NCBI RefSeq assembly: GCF_006345805.1
Contig: NC_043015.1
Span: 28,210,001 to 28,274,000, forward strand
DNA length: 64,000 nucleotides
Direction of reading: 5' to 3'
Source: Octopus sinensis
Lineage: Eukaryota
This document shows positions 63,730-64,000 of the stretch, piece by piece (the first letter of the stretch is position 1; each line of letters begins with the position of its first letter). The notes under the pieces were generated by a model. It was not told the DNA's origin and made no database searches. It was given only the letters and a program-made list of their open reading frames with translations. Position numbers and translations under genes: made by a program.

Positions 63730-64000
63730 GTGAGCAGAGCGGCTAACTGGCTTCCATGCCGGTGACACGTAAAAGGCACCATTCGAGCGTGATCGTTACC
63801 AGCGTCGCTTCACTGGCACTTGTGCCGATGGCACATGAAAAAACATTCGAGCAAGGTCGTTGCCAGTATCGCCTCACATAAAAGCACCCACTACACTCTT
63901 GGAGTGGTTGGTGTTAGGAAGGGCATCCAGCAGTAGAAACTCTGCCAGATCAAGATTGGAGCCTGGTCCAACCATCTGGTTCGTCAACCCTCACTAAAAT
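63730..64000 (+). mobile_element. SINE family C, running off the window end
   Basis: Matches family C. Confidence 0.8.

Overview
AT-rich, repeat-saturated animal genomic DNA. The SINE families, microsatellite load and gene models point to a coleoid cephalopod (Octopus-like); this assignment is inference. Three protein-coding loci are supported. (1) Five GT-AG exons of CMSS1 on + (6090-17730); the 5' exon(s) were not found. (2) An NLR-type NACHT-HD1-WHD-HD2-LRR gene on - (exons 37842-38046 and 27851-30170; start not found). Its ORF is intact, but Walker A, Walker B, the HD1 proline and the WHD histidine are all lost. (3) An intronless, 5'-truncated CHIC1/2-family copy on - (46917-47303), probably a retrocopy. 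The rest is SINEs, CR1/RTE LINE ends, TTAA/hAT/Tc-mariner MITEs and relics, two small Helitrons, a ~780-bp fold-back element, Penelope-type terminal repeats carrying hammerhead-ribozyme cores, and many tandem arrays. The most interesting candidates are the pseudo-ATPase NLR, the minimal hammerheads, SINE insertions flanked by 116-168 bp duplications, and a hairpin-bearing 60-bp array. Repeat boundaries are approximate; no database searches were run.
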